The notes: a model not told the origin generated them from the letters alone. A stretch of 64,000 nt of DNA from Minisyncoccota bacterium (GCA_041663025.1 JBAZRE010000001.1:5912-69911), one strand, 5' to 3'; positions 34,031-44,207 are shown, counted from the first letter of the stretch. Numbers and translations are program-made.

Positions 34031-35820
34031 TACGACGATTGTACCATCTTCATGAAAACTTCTTCAGGAATGTTTACCTTGCCTCTACCATGCTCCAGTA
34101 GCTTCTTCTTGCCTCGTTTCTGCTTATCAAGCAACTTATTTTTGCGCGTAACATCACCGCCATAGAGATAGCCCGTGACATCCTTACGCATCGCAGAGAG
34201 TGTCTTTGAAGCAATGATACGTCCCTGCATCCGAGCTTGAATCTTCGTAACAAAGAGTTGCTTCGGCAAATTGCCGTGGAGCTTCTCCACCATCTTCTCT
34301 GCTTCTTCTTGTACCCTCCTGCGTGCGATCATACGTGCGAACGCGGGTACCGGCTCTTCGGCAACAAGGATATCAAGCCGCACGACATCCGCCGGCCGTT
34401 CGTCCATAATCTCGTATGAGAGCGAGGCGTATCCTGCAGAAATACTTTTTAGTGTGTCAAAGAAACCGCGCATCAATTCCCGGAGTGGCATCTCTACGGT
34501 CATTTCGATACGACCGTCATGATACGTCTCGGTCGCGAGTGTGTGTGCCTCGTGCTCATAGAGCAATTGCACCAGTGCACTGACCGCGTCTGGAGGCGTG
34601 ATAATAATAACCTTTGCCCACGGCTCTTCTATTTTCATAATATCACCATGCTCGGGGAATTTTGCAGGTGTGTATATGATCTCGCGTACGCCATTCGTCT
34701 TCGTGACGATATATGAGATTGTCGGGATAGTAACGATAAGCGAGAGGTCGAACTCACGTCTCAAACGCTCAGTGACAATCTCGAGATGTAAGAGCCCAAG
34801 GAAGCCGCAGCGGAATCCGCGCCCCAAAACACCTGATGACTCCTCTTCAAAAGAGAGTGATGAATCAGAGAGCCGCAATCGCCCAAGTGATTGTCTCAAG
34901 AGAGGTAGATCATCTTGGCTCTCTGGATACACCGAGGCCCAGACGACCGGTCGTGGTTTTGCGTATCCTTCAAGAGCAGCGAGAGATCCTCCAGTTTTAC
35001 CAATAGTGTCACCAACGCCAACGATGCCCGGTTCCTTTATACCCGTAACGATGTAGCCAATCTCGCCAGCAGAAAGCGAATCAGCAGGCGTTTCTTCTGG
35101 AGTGAAGATACCGACCTCAAGCGCAGTGAAATTTTTTCCTGCGGCATGAAATGAGAGCGACTGGCCTTTTTTAAACGTACCGTTGAACACACGCAGATAC
35201 ACGGCAATGCCCCTGTGGGTTGAGTAGGAAAAGTCGAAAACCAGACCTCGCGCTTCGCCATCTGTAGTTTTATGCGAAGGAGGGGCTGGGATGCGCGTGA
35301 CTATCGCCTCAAGAAGCTCATCAACGCCCACACCTGTCTTCCCCGACACGCCAATCACATTCTCTGGTGAAACAGATAAGAGCTGTGCGAGCTCCAGGCG
35401 CACTTCATCAACCCGCGCTGCCGGAGAATCAACCTTTGAAATAACAGGGATGATAGTACACTTCTGCGCTCTTGCCGCTGCAAGCGTCGTGAGGGTCTGG
35501 GCTTGTACTCCTTGTGTTGAATCTACGAGAAGAAGCACACCTTCGACTGCCTTGAGTGCACGTGAGACTTCATACGAAAAATCAATGTGTCCGGGTGTGT
35601 CTATCAAGTTCAAAATATAATTTCCATATTGCATTCTGACGGGTTGCATTTTTATTGTGATTCCGCGCTCGCGTTCGAGATCCATACGATCAAGGACCTG
35701 ATCGCGCATCTTGCGTACCGGAATTGTTCCCGTGCGTTCAAGGAGTCGGTCAGCGAGCGTTGATTTGCCGTGGTCAACGTGCGCGACGATAGAAAAATTG
35801 CGAATATTTTCAGAGTTCAC
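34030..35820 (-). CDS. lepA: elongation factor 4
   Basis: 596 aa. NFSIVAHVDHGKSTLADRLL…DTPGHIDF…, and the LepA-specific C-terminus. Confidence 0.95.
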   Translation of the reverse strand: MNSENIRNFSIVAHVDHGKSTLADRLLERTGTIPVRKMRDQVLDRMDLERERGITIKMQPVRMQYGNYILNLIDTPGHIDFSYEVSRALKAVEGVLLLVDSTQGVQAQTLTTLAAARAQKCTIIPVISKVDSPAARVDEVRLELAQLLSVSPENVIGVSGKTGVGVDELLEAIVTRIPAPPSHKTTDGEARGLVFDFSYSTHRGIAVYLRVFNGTFKKGQSLSFHAAGKNFTALEVGIFTPEETPADSLSAGEIGYIVTGIKEPGIVGVGDTIGKTGGSLAALEGYAKPRPVVWASVYPESQDDLPLLRQSLGRLRLSDSSLSFEEESSGVLGRGFRCGFLGLLHLEIVTERLRREFDLSLIVTIPTISYIVTKTNGVREIIYTPAKFPEHGDIMKIEEPWAKVIIITPPDAVSALVQLLYEHEAHTLATETYHDGRIEMTVEMPLRELMRGFFDTLKSISAGYASLSYEIMDERPADVVRLDILVAEEPVPAFARMIARRRVQEEAEKMVEKLHGNLPKQLFVTKIQARMQGRIIASKTLSAMRKDVTGYLYGGDVTRKNKLLDKQKRGKKKLLEHGRGKVNIPEEVFMKMVQSS

Positions 35821-37502
35821 GGTTTTGGTGGTTCTCCAGCAGACGGAACAAGAGCGGCGGCGCGTTCGCTCGGTGTACGGATGAGCTTACTGATGGCATT
35901 GACTACGATACGAAATTCTTCGTTCTGGGTGAGATAGAGTGCGAACGCCGCCGCAATAAGACCGACCACCCCAGCAACCAACCCTTGTGTGAGGACTGAT
36001 GCAAGTGTTGTGAGTGGTGCGATGCCACCTTCAAAGGAGAGGGTTACATATGCCGCCGCGCCGCCAGCGATTGCAGCAATACAGCCGTCAAGGAGCGGTC
36101 GTGCAAGTGTACGCGCGAGAGCTGGAGAGACACTGCGAAGCGCCACGAGAGAAAGAACGGCTAAGAATATCTGGCCGAGTGTTGCCGCAAGTGCTAAAAG
36201 TAGGATGGCCGTCCCCGGTACATCACCGACGCGCAAGAGAGCGGCAAGCGAAGCAGGCATTCCTGCAGGCGGAAAAGAAAGAAACAGTACAGCGAGAAAT
36301 ACGGTGAGTAATGCTCCTGCAGATTGATACGCGAGCGGTCGCCATGATTGGCGTACTGCATACAATGCACGTGAGAATAGGAGCACGAGCCCTTGTGCGA
36401 CAAGCCCAACTGCAAGAATGGCCAGAAGTGCTGCAGTGAGTCGTGTCGCGTCCCAATCAAAGGCACCCGTTCCAAGAATCACGCGCACGATATGCGCACG
36501 CAGGACCGTGATGAGGCCGAGCGAAACAACGGACCAGAGGATAATATGCCGTGCGCTCGCAGATAGAATATTGGTAAACTCCTCACGTCGCTCAAGAGCT
36601 GATGCCTCAGAAAGTGCAGGAAACGCTGCAATGGCATACGAAGCCCCAATGAGCGAGAGCGGAACCGCCTCGAGATTACTAGCAAGAGTGAATACAGAGA
36701 CCGATCCTGAGCCAATCCTAGAAGCAAATGATGTTAAGAAAAGTGCGGTAATTGAGCCCATACCAAGCGCGAGCGAGCGAGGAATAGAGTCTCGAATGAC
36801 CGGCACCATAATAGCGAAGCTCGGTATACGGAAGTGTGGCACAACATCCGCTTCTATAAGCACAGGAATATTGACGGCGAGATAGGCAATCGCGCCAATC
36901 ACGACGCCCATTCCTATTCCAGGCAAACCAAAGTATGGATAAAGCAAAACTGCACCGAGAATAATGCCGAGGTTATATAGAACTGGCGATGTGGCGAAGA
37001 GCATAAAGCGCCGATGCACCTGCGTTACGCTCGAGAACACACCAGAAAGTCCCAACAAAATTGGTTGTATCAATAAGATACGTCCGAGAAGAATGAAATC
37101 GGACTGGTACGGAGAAGCAACAAGATTTGGATACAGAAGAGCTAAGAATTGAGGCATGAAGATAGCGAGGGCAACGCAGATCAAACCGCCAACACCGAAT
37201 AGAAATGTTGCTGATTCGGATAGGAGCCGACGCGTCGCTTCCCTATCCATTCCAGTAATGCGTGGAATGATGACATACGCGCTCACAAGCGAGGATACAA
37301 GGGCGAAGACAAGATCTGGCACACGAAATGCTGAGTAGTAGAGGTCGAGCACCTGCCCTGCACCAAAAGAATGTGCAAATACCCTGTCGCGCAAGAGCGC
37401 GAGAGCCTGAGAAGCAAGCGTGAGTCCGGCCAGCAAATACGCGGCCTGATGCAGGCCGCGTATTGGTGCCGCGATGCGCTCGAAGATTCGTCGAACCATC
37501 AC
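35817..37502 (-). CDS. murJ: lipid II flippase MurJ (MviN family)
   Basis: 561 aa with about 14 TM helices. The N-terminal region resembles MviN, and the C-terminal extension is hydrophobic. Confidence 0.75.
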   Translation of the reverse strand: MMVRRIFERIAAPIRGLHQAAYLLAGLTLASQALALLRDRVFAHSFGAGQVLDLYYSAFRVPDLVFALVSSLVSAYVIIPRITGMDREATRRLLSESATFLFGVGGLICVALAIFMPQFLALLYPNLVASPYQSDFILLGRILLIQPILLGLSGVFSSVTQVHRRFMLFATSPVLYNLGIILGAVLLYPYFGLPGIGMGVVIGAIAYLAVNIPVLIEADVVPHFRIPSFAIMVPVIRDSIPRSLALGMGSITALFLTSFASRIGSGSVSVFTLASNLEAVPLSLIGASYAIAAFPALSEASALERREEFTNILSASARHIILWSVVSLGLITVLRAHIVRVILGTGAFDWDATRLTAALLAILAVGLVAQGLVLLFSRALYAVRQSWRPLAYQSAGALLTVFLAVLFLSFPPAGMPASLAALLRVGDVPGTAILLLALAATLGQIFLAVLSLVALRSVSPALARTLARPLLDGCIAAIAGGAAAYVTLSFEGGIAPLTTLASVLTQGLVAGVVGLIAAAFALYLTQNEEFRIVVNAISKLIRTPSERAAALVPSAGEPPKP

Positions 37503-37558
37503 TCTATATTATCCTAATTGTTACTACCAAGCGAGTGAGGATAGGGATAGATTTTAGC

Positions 37559-39979
37559 TTATTGATTAACCGTGGTTGGAGATGCGGAGAGGAGATTTGC
37601 TGGAAATGGATTCTTCCCAGCGGTTAATTCGGCCAGTTGAGAAGCAACTGCTGTCGCATTTTCGCTCGACATTGCGGCGATTGCCTGCATTTGTTCGAGT
37701 GCTTGTGGCATATTGCCCTGTTTCGCATAGACCGCTGAGAGGAAATAACGCGCATTCGCGAACTGCGGGTTTGCAGTCACTGCCGCCCCGAGTGCGGCGA
37801 TAGCATTTGCGAGATCACCTTGTGCCGCATAGAGGATGCCAACTTGGAAGAGAATATCTGGGTTATTCGGCGTGAAGTAGGCAGCCGCTAGAGCGGAGGT
37901 AAGTGCCTCTTTCACATTACCGTCCTGCACCTGAAGTCTTGAGAGGAGGAAGATAGCGGCCGTGTAGTCCTGCTTCAGTGTTATAGCGGCCTTCAGATCT
38001 TCTTGAGCTGCCTTGGTGTTTTTGTTTGCGATATCGAGCTGCGCGAGGATATAGAGAATTTGTGGATTTGTCGGATTAAGTGCTTTTGCTTTGTCGTACG
38101 CTGTCTTAGCATTGTCGTAGGCACCAGAAACTCCAAGTGGCACTGCTTGGGCGTATAGATTTCCCAGGACGAGCCAATTCTGATAGTCAGAAGGGGCGAG
38201 ACTGGTCGCGGTTAATGCCGCGTTTATGCCTGACGAGAGTGCCGCTTGGAATGCGGCCTGTGCTGCGGCTGCAGGCATTGTTGAAGAAGCTGCTATTTGA
38301 TTGAGACGCGCGTTCGCAACGCCTGACTCAATTTGATAGGCAGCTGCGCTCGGTGCGAATGCTGTTGAATTTCGCGCCGCAGCATCAGCCGCATCAAGAT
38401 TCCCAGCAGCGAATGCTGCACCGGCGTTTGAGAGTTCAACGGCAGCAATAGAACGACCTACCAGCGCATAGGCGGCAACAACTGATGCGAGCAAGAGGAG
38501 TGTGAGTGAGAAAACGATCACGAAACCAATCCGTGGACTTCGTGAGAATATGATGCCCCACTGTCGACCTCTAGCGGCAAAGCGCATGGTAGAGATGAAT
38601 AGACCCGTGAAGACGAAAGCGAGCATTAGAGTAACCGAATTCGGCAAACCGAATATTGCAATAATGAAGAGGTAGAATGCTGCAACAAACGAGAGTATCG
38701 CAATGTAGCGAATAAACGCGTCTTGTGGCGCACGGAGGATAAGCATACGTAGACCGAACACGATAAGAACAGTGAGGAACGTGACCCACGCAAGTATTCC
38801 CACAATACCAGTTGTCACGAACGAAGTCGGAATAAATCCAATACCAGATGAGAAGTCAACATTCCAGAAGATAGTTGAATTCAGGGATACGTCACGATAC
38901 TTGAGCCACTCAACTCCGAACGTGCCGGGACCAGTGCCAAAGATAGGCGAGGTTGTATAGGCGTTGCGCGCAACAGAAAACGTTGACTGCCATGAAGGAC
39001 TCACCGAGAGCACGTTCACGTGGAGAGCATTCGCGAGAGCACTACCAAGCGTTCCCCCGATAAGGAAGAAGAGCGATACCGCGAGGACAAAGAGTGGGAG
39101 AACGAGTGAATGATTTGGTTCATCTATCTCGAGTGGCATTTCATCCACGGTACTTACTTCATCAAGATCAGTGTCAGAGGACTTCGGTCCGCGTTGCATC
39201 ACTGCTTCTACGAAGAGACCGAGTGATACTAATGCAATCAACACCCAAACTATAAAGGAGTTTGCGATGGCGAGAATGAAGAGCGCCAGAACACCACACG
39301 CAATAAGGGCGCGATGCGTACGCTGCTGAAGCTCGAGAAATCGTAATGTGATGAGGACGCACACGACTCCAAGCCCGAGAAGAAAAGCGAGATCTTGGAA
39401 GGAACCAACGATTGAAAACTCTGGTGAAATCGTTGACGAGAATTGTCCGCCAATGACGACGAGTGTTTCGAGAATGGCAGCAATCCCGAAAACAAAAGCT
39501 CCCCCACGCAGAAAGAGGTTGTAGTGTTCAGAGCGACGCAATGCGAGTGCTGTTAGAGTGCCAAGGACCGCTGCAACAAGCATAAAGCCGAGCGTATCAA
39601 CCTCAAGTGATGAACCCCACACTGCGCTAGCAATCGACACTCCAGAAAACGCGGACGAGAGTGCATATGCAATCACTGGCAACCAGAGTGCGCCAATAAG
39701 GATGCCTGGCGGTAGGATGATATTACCCCGCGCAAGACGCGCTAGTATGTAGAGCGCAAGCGTGATGAGCGCTCCAGCGGCGAGTAGATAGGTCTTTGCT
39801 GTTATGAGTGGAACTGCTGAGAACGGGACAAAAATAAATATGGACACTATAATTGTGGCGATAAGCGCCCAAATGCTCGTATTCTCAAGTGAACGACGCG
39901 GCTTGCTTTGAGTAACCTGTTCTGGGCTATACCGATTTGAATCGAACGATGGGACGGTTGTTGATTGTTGTTGAAACAT
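37559..39979 (-). CDS. large polytopic membrane protein (O-antigen-ligase/Wzy_C-like TM region) with C-terminal TPR repeats
   Basis: 806 aa with at least 10 TM helices in the N-terminal 450 aa. The C-terminal 300 aa contain repeated 34-aa TPR-like units (AYDKAKALNPTNPQILYILAQL…). Confidence 0.5.
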   Translation of the reverse strand: MFQQQSTTVPSFDSNRYSPEQVTQSKPRRSLENTSIWALIATIIVSIFIFVPFSAVPLITAKTYLLAAGALITLALYILARLARGNIILPPGILIGALWLPVIAYALSSAFSGVSIASAVWGSSLEVDTLGFMLVAAVLGTLTALALRRSEHYNLFLRGGAFVFGIAAILETLVVIGGQFSSTISPEFSIVGSFQDLAFLLGLGVVCVLITLRFLELQQRTHRALIACGVLALFILAIANSFIVWVLIALVSLGLFVEAVMQRGPKSSDTDLDEVSTVDEMPLEIDEPNHSLVLPLFVLAVSLFFLIGGTLGSALANALHVNVLSVSPSWQSTFSVARNAYTTSPIFGTGPGTFGVEWLKYRDVSLNSTIFWNVDFSSGIGFIPTSFVTTGIVGILAWVTFLTVLIVFGLRMLILRAPQDAFIRYIAILSFVAAFYLFIIAIFGLPNSVTLMLAFVFTGLFISTMRFAARGRQWGIIFSRSPRIGFVIVFSLTLLLLASVVAAYALVGRSIAAVELSNAGAAFAAGNLDAADAAARNSTAFAPSAAAYQIESGVANARLNQIAASSTMPAAAAQAAFQAALSSGINAALTATSLAPSDYQNWLVLGNLYAQAVPLGVSGAYDNAKTAYDKAKALNPTNPQILYILAQLDIANKNTKAAQEDLKAAITLKQDYTAAIFLLSRLQVQDGNVKEALTSALAAAYFTPNNPDILFQVGILYAAQGDLANAIAALGAAVTANPQFANARYFLSAVYAKQGNMPQALEQMQAIAAMSSENATAVASQLAELTAGKNPFPANLLSASPTTVNQ

Positions 39980-40056
39980 GGGAATTTCTACTGTTCAGTA
40001 ATAATATTGTCAGTATAGCCCGCTATCTTCCCTGCATATGCCTTTTCCCCACCTTT

Positions 40057-40118
40057 CCGTAAGGTGACACCTTACGGTTTTTGGTATTTCCCCAGCTCCG
40101 TAAGGTGACACCTTACGG
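40057..40118. repeat. two tandem REP-like hairpins (family 1) upstream of the RAYT gene
   Basis: CCGTAAGGTGACACCTTACGG at 40057-40077 and again at 40098-40118. Confidence 0.85.
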
Positions 40119-40155
40119 TTTCCCTCTAGGGCATGCTAGTATTAGCTCATTACAT

Positions 40156-40827
40156 ATGACAAAGAGAGATGCCCCGTTTGCTGTCGGCGAGTGGTACCAC
40201 TGCTACAACCGTGGTATTGAAAAGCGTACCGTGTTTGAAGATACCAGGGATTATCATCGCTTTCTCGAACTCCTTTACTTGGCAAATGATGAGTTCCCTC
40301 TCCGGCGTGAAGATATCGGCACATATAAATTTGAAGAAATATTAAAGATTCCCCGCGGCAAGAAATTGGTCGCCATTGGAGCGTTCTGCCTGATGCCTAA
40401 CCACTTCCATCTGGTGCTGAAGGAGATCTCGGAGGGAGGTATCACCGCATTTATGCGAAAAATCGGAACATCCTATACTTTGTATTTTAATGCACGGCAT
40501 GAGAGGACTGGAAACCTCTTCCTAAAGCCATTCCGATCCCTTCATGTATCTAACGACCGTTACTTCCAACACCTCATTAACTATGTTCACTGCAATCCAG
40601 CAGCTCTCTATGAACCTGGGTGGAAAACTAACCAGGTTGTGGACCCTCAATTCTTGGGAGAACAGATTGCAGCTTATCCATACTCAAGTCTTGGTGCCCA
40701 TACTGGTGCACACCCATCGACCAGACCCATCCTGGATGCAGAAGTATTCTCCATAACGCATACTGTTCGGATACAAAAGATGCTGCAAGAAGCACGACAG
40801 TATTACGCTGATTCTAATCTTCCGTAA
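40156..40827 (+). CDS. IS200/IS605-family Y1 (HUH) transposase-like protein, REP-associated (RAYT-like)
   Basis: ATG at 40156 (MTKRDAPF…) is preferred. The N-terminal part of the longer track ORF overlaps the REP hairpins. WYHCYNRG…, the HUH motif CLMPNHFHLVL, and the catalytic Tyr region YVHCNPAA. Confidence 0.75.
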   Translation: MTKRDAPFAVGEWYHCYNRGIEKRTVFEDTRDYHRFLELLYLANDEFPLRREDIGTYKFEEILKIPRGKKLVAIGAFCLMPNHFHLVLKEISEGGITAFMRKIGTSYTLYFNARHERTGNLFLKPFRSLHVSNDRYFQHLINYVHCNPAALYEPGWKTNQVVDPQFLGEQIAAYPYSSLGAHTGAHPSTRPILDAEVFSITHTVRIQKMLQEARQYYADSNLP

Positions 40828-40874
40828 GGCCGTAAGGTGTCACTTTACGTCAGGCGTAAAGTGACACCTTACGG
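40822..40874. repeat. compound REP-like hairpin (family 1) downstream of the RAYT gene
   Basis: CCGTAAGG + CCGTAAGGTGTCACTTTACG-tcaggc-CGTAAAGTGACACCTTACGG (a 20-bp stem). Confidence 0.8.
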
Positions 40875-40884
40875 AATATAGATG

Positions 40885-40893
40885 TGGTATAAT
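40885..40893 (+). promoter_or_regulatory. extended -10 promoter of rnpB
   Basis: TGGTATAAT (TGnTATAAT) sits 6-7 nt upstream of the P1 5' strand. Confidence 0.55.
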
Positions 40894-40898
40894 GTGCC

Positions 40899-41241
40899 CG
40901 GACTGAACTAAGCGATCGCCCGCCAACATCTGCGAAGTTGTGGCGGGAGGAAAGTCCGAACATACTCCTGCCGTAAGGCGGGAAAATAGGTAGCGGGTAA
41001 CGCCCGTCGTCCGTGAGGATAGAGGTGACCACAGAAACGTCCTGAGCGAAAGTGAAGGAATTCCCTCGTGGAATACGCCCGTCGCGAGATGGGAATGCAA
41101 CGACTAAATCCTTACCCGTATGCAAGGCCGTGCCCGACCACACTTCGAGTGTGACGGGAGTGACGCTTAAGGCGTTGAGTAATTAACGGCTCAGATAAAT
41201 GATCGCTCACGACAGAATTCGGCTTATCGGCTCAGTCCACA
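40899..41241 (+). ncRNA. rnpB: RNase P RNA (bacterial type A-like)
   Basis: P1 pairs GGACTGA (40900-40906) with TCAGTCC (41232-41238). The P4 5' strand is GGGAGGAAAGTCCGAACA, the P4 3' strand is ACAGAATTCGGCTTATCGG, and the internal sequence GCGAAAGTGAAGG is also present. Confidence 0.8.
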
Positions 41242-41248
41242 AAGATGC

Positions 41249-41279
41249 AATCGCCCGCGCTCCTGCGCGGGCGATTGCT
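41249..41279. terminator. bidirectional terminator hairpin (rnpB 3' end and RNR gene 3' end)
   Basis: GCAATCGCCCGCGC-TCCT-GCGCGGGCGATTGC. Confidence 0.55.
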
Positions 41280-43663
41280 TATATGACTTCGCACGTGCCG
41301 CCGGCGCAGGCAAGTTCTTTCTTCATCTCTGTCTCATCATGAAGCTCATAGGCAACGAGTTTTGAATAATCCACTTTCGGGAAGCGACTCATACGCTCTT
41401 CATATTCTTCTTTTGTAATCGTTTCATAGGGCGCGAGGCGGTAAACGTGATTCGCGCGTGGGAGGAAGGATAGTCCGCCGATGATATCCCAATTCTTCTG
41501 AATCCAATCCACAACACTGATCCACTCGTCCTCGCTCACCGATATTGTCGCCGAAGGATTGTGTTCAGTGTAATTCAGCTTCACTTGTCTCCAATACTCA
41601 AGCTGGGCGAGCGCTGTCAGATCATCCTTAAATCGTGCCTCCTTTGAGTGATCGGGTGCCTTAACCGGGAATTCAAACACGAATGTATTTGCCTCCTCCA
41701 TTGATTGCCCTACTTCTGGATAACACGGCACGCCCTGGTCGCGCATCAATTTAAATAATGAGTCAGTCACACTAATCCTAACACGACGAATATAGTAGGG
41801 TGCGTGGCGTGGATGAATACCTGATGCACAGTTAAAGGTCTGTGAGACGGTACCCGATGGTTTCACTGCCGTTACCGCCATTGATCGCTCAATGCCGAAG
41901 CGCTTCGCATAGGTTGCGTTTGTCTTAATCGCCATATCACGAACTTTACGCATCACCTCTGGCTGTCGCGCGACAGGTGAATCCCACTGACCAGTAATAG
42001 AGACACCTAGCAAACGTTCCGCACGGCAATGGTCTGTCCATTCTTTAGAAATGTAGCCGAACTTCGTGAGTGTTGACTGATACGTGCCGAGAATTGCTGC
42101 GAGGCGCGCCTTTCGGATGAGTGATGCCTCGGTGTCGTGTGCACGCGCGATAATTTCTGAAAGGTTACAGAATTGCTTTGACTGCAAAATGATCTCGGCA
42201 CACGGATTAGCACCAATAGATCCGTGTACGATGCCGTCTTCTTCGATAAAGCCGACTTTTTTAAAGTATTCTACACGCCGTTTGGACATGGTGACTGCGA
42301 GTGATCCACGATTGAAGATTCCGCGCTCACCAGAACCGCTCTTCATAAGTGCGACCCATTCGTCCATAAGCTCGGAGTTGGTTGGCTGCATCTCGTACAC
42401 GGCTGAGTTGTTCGCGATCGAGCGATGTGGATCAGTCATATAGAACTGACCTTTTTTAGCATCGCGCATCTCGACATCATCGAGGTCGGAGAGTGAGATC
42501 ATGGCCGTGCGACGAACACCGCCCGCCACGACACATTCACCGATCTTGCAGATGACATCATGAGCATCGATGGTGCGCAAGCGACGGCCTTGGCGTGCGA
42601 GTACACGCTCTCGAGCAAACGAGAGGAGAGAACGGAGTGGTTCAGGACCGCTCGCCTTCCCTCCCATCGTCTTAAGACGAGCACCCGCTGGGCGGATCTG
42701 TGAGAAGTCAAAACTTATATCTTTACCGGCATACCATGTTTGGAGGCCGAGAGTTAGAGCATCACACCATCCTTCTTTTGAATCAGCGATGATGTGCGTC
42801 TGGAGCTTCTGCCCTTTCTGTTTCATGATCTGCGGGAGCTGTTCAACATTTTGGCTCTCGACTGCGAAGCCGACACCGCATCCTTGCATAGAGAGGTACA
42901 TGATCTCAGCGAAGTCTTCAAGCTTCACCGGCGCGGTGAATGTGCAGTTATAGGCGCAGGTATTGCATCGACGTGCTGCGTCTCCAGAGAACTGCATAAG
43001 TCGCATTGAGGGCATTACTTCTTGTTTCAAAATACCCATGCGCACTTCGGCATACTCTTTTTCAGTTAATTTGTTGCCGAGATTCTCGCGCATGAAGCTG
43101 ATATAACGATCTACGGTCTCTACCCATGTTTCGCGACGACCTTCTTCAGGAATCCATTTTGCATACGTACGCAGATAGACAAATTCGCCGAGTGAATTGC
43201 CTTCAAAATATTTTTTACTCTCCGCAGCAAGTTTGCGTACATGTTCTGGAATCTCGATATGCGACGCACGCAGTTGTGCACGCTTATCGCGATAGAGGAT
43301 GTAGGCTTTTGCCGTCTTCACATAATCATTGAGGATGAGATATTTCTCTACTGAGTCCTGCTGACCCTCAACGGTCGGGAGGAAGTTCTTATATTTTTTC
43401 GCAAACCGCCCCAGCTCACCAGCGACTTGATGCGCCACGAGCACTGCATCATCCTGACTTCCCTCCTCTGCCGCGATCATCGCCTTCCATATAGCGGTAA
43501 CAATTTTATCAAAATCAAATGGGACGAGTCGTCCATCGCGTTTTTCTATCTGCGGAATCATTTCGCGATAACGTCGTGTTTCTTTTGAGATTGGTGCCTC
43601 AGGTGCGTGAACAGCAGGAGGAATTGATTTTACTCGAACGGAAACGTGAGCTGTTTTTGGCAT
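41279..43663 (-). CDS. ribonucleotide reductase catalytic subunit with N-terminal ATP-cone (class II/B12-dependent-like)
   Basis: 794 aa. ATP-cone DGRLVPFDFDKIVTAIWKAM, catalytic core …GANPCAEI… and …CNLSEI…, and a C-terminal Cys pair (ACAGGTC). No nrdB-like gene is in the window. Confidence 0.7.
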   Translation of the reverse strand: MPKTAHVSVRVKSIPPAVHAPEAPISKETRRYREMIPQIEKRDGRLVPFDFDKIVTAIWKAMIAAEEGSQDDAVLVAHQVAGELGRFAKKYKNFLPTVEGQQDSVEKYLILNDYVKTAKAYILYRDKRAQLRASHIEIPEHVRKLAAESKKYFEGNSLGEFVYLRTYAKWIPEEGRRETWVETVDRYISFMRENLGNKLTEKEYAEVRMGILKQEVMPSMRLMQFSGDAARRCNTCAYNCTFTAPVKLEDFAEIMYLSMQGCGVGFAVESQNVEQLPQIMKQKGQKLQTHIIADSKEGWCDALTLGLQTWYAGKDISFDFSQIRPAGARLKTMGGKASGPEPLRSLLSFARERVLARQGRRLRTIDAHDVICKIGECVVAGGVRRTAMISLSDLDDVEMRDAKKGQFYMTDPHRSIANNSAVYEMQPTNSELMDEWVALMKSGSGERGIFNRGSLAVTMSKRRVEYFKKVGFIEEDGIVHGSIGANPCAEIILQSKQFCNLSEIIARAHDTEASLIRKARLAAILGTYQSTLTKFGYISKEWTDHCRAERLLGVSITGQWDSPVARQPEVMRKVRDMAIKTNATYAKRFGIERSMAVTAVKPSGTVSQTFNCASGIHPRHAPYYIRRVRISVTDSLFKLMRDQGVPCYPEVGQSMEEANTFVFEFPVKAPDHSKEARFKDDLTALAQLEYWRQVKLNYTEHNPSATISVSEDEWISVVDWIQKNWDIIGGLSFLPRANHVYRLAPYETITKEEYEERMSRFPKVDYSKLVAYELHDETEMKKELACAGGTCEVI

Positions 43664-43751
43664 GAACGGGGCAGTTAAGTTATCCTCTAATAATTCGTAC
43701 TTCTTACTGATAAGTTTACTCCTGTATGTGGGAAATGCCCTGTGGACAGCG

Positions 43752-44207
43752 TTACTCTGAAATGCTTGGGGAGTTTTTCAACAAGAGTAGTGTGCCTGTC
43801 GCAACGTTATGTGCGCGGGCGAATCCTGCAACGGTCTCAAGGACATATCGTGCCGGCACCGATGGATAAAAGACATTTGGATAACTTGATGTGGCAACGA
43901 TTTCTGCAATAGAGACGACTTGTCCTTTATCATCAAGCCAGAAGATATCAATGGGTACGAGCATATCCTTCATCCAAAAACCATATTTGCCATCCAGTAG
44001 AAATACGAAGAGCATTCCGTAGTCCTTTGGTATGCTCTCACGACCTCCTAACCCTCTCTCCTGAGCCACCGTTGACGTCGCATACTCGATCCTTAAGGAC
44101 ACCCCACCGAACTCCGCCGTCGGCGTCGGTAATGTTTTATAAACAAACGAAATCGCGATAATCGCTATCATAACTATCAGCAATCCTTCATAAAGATATC
44201 TCTTCAT
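43752..44207 (-). CDS. DUF192-family protein
   Basis: 151 aa with an N-terminal anchor. GMLFVFLLDGKYGFWMKDMLVPIDIFWLDDKGQVV…YVLE fits the DUF192/COG1430 pattern. Confidence 0.55.
   Translation of the reverse strand: MKRYLYEGLLIVMIAIIAISFVYKTLPTPTAEFGGVSLRIEYATSTVAQERGLGGRESIPKDYGMLFVFLLDGKYGFWMKDMLVPIDIFWLDDKGQVVSIAEIVATSSYPNVFYPSVPARYVLETVAGFARAHNVATGTLLLLKNSPSISE

Noticed and set aside
40840-41143. Track ORFs 40840-41100 and 40850-41143 on the minus strand.
   Set aside because: They lie entirely within the rnpB RNA gene and a REP hairpin, so they are spurious.
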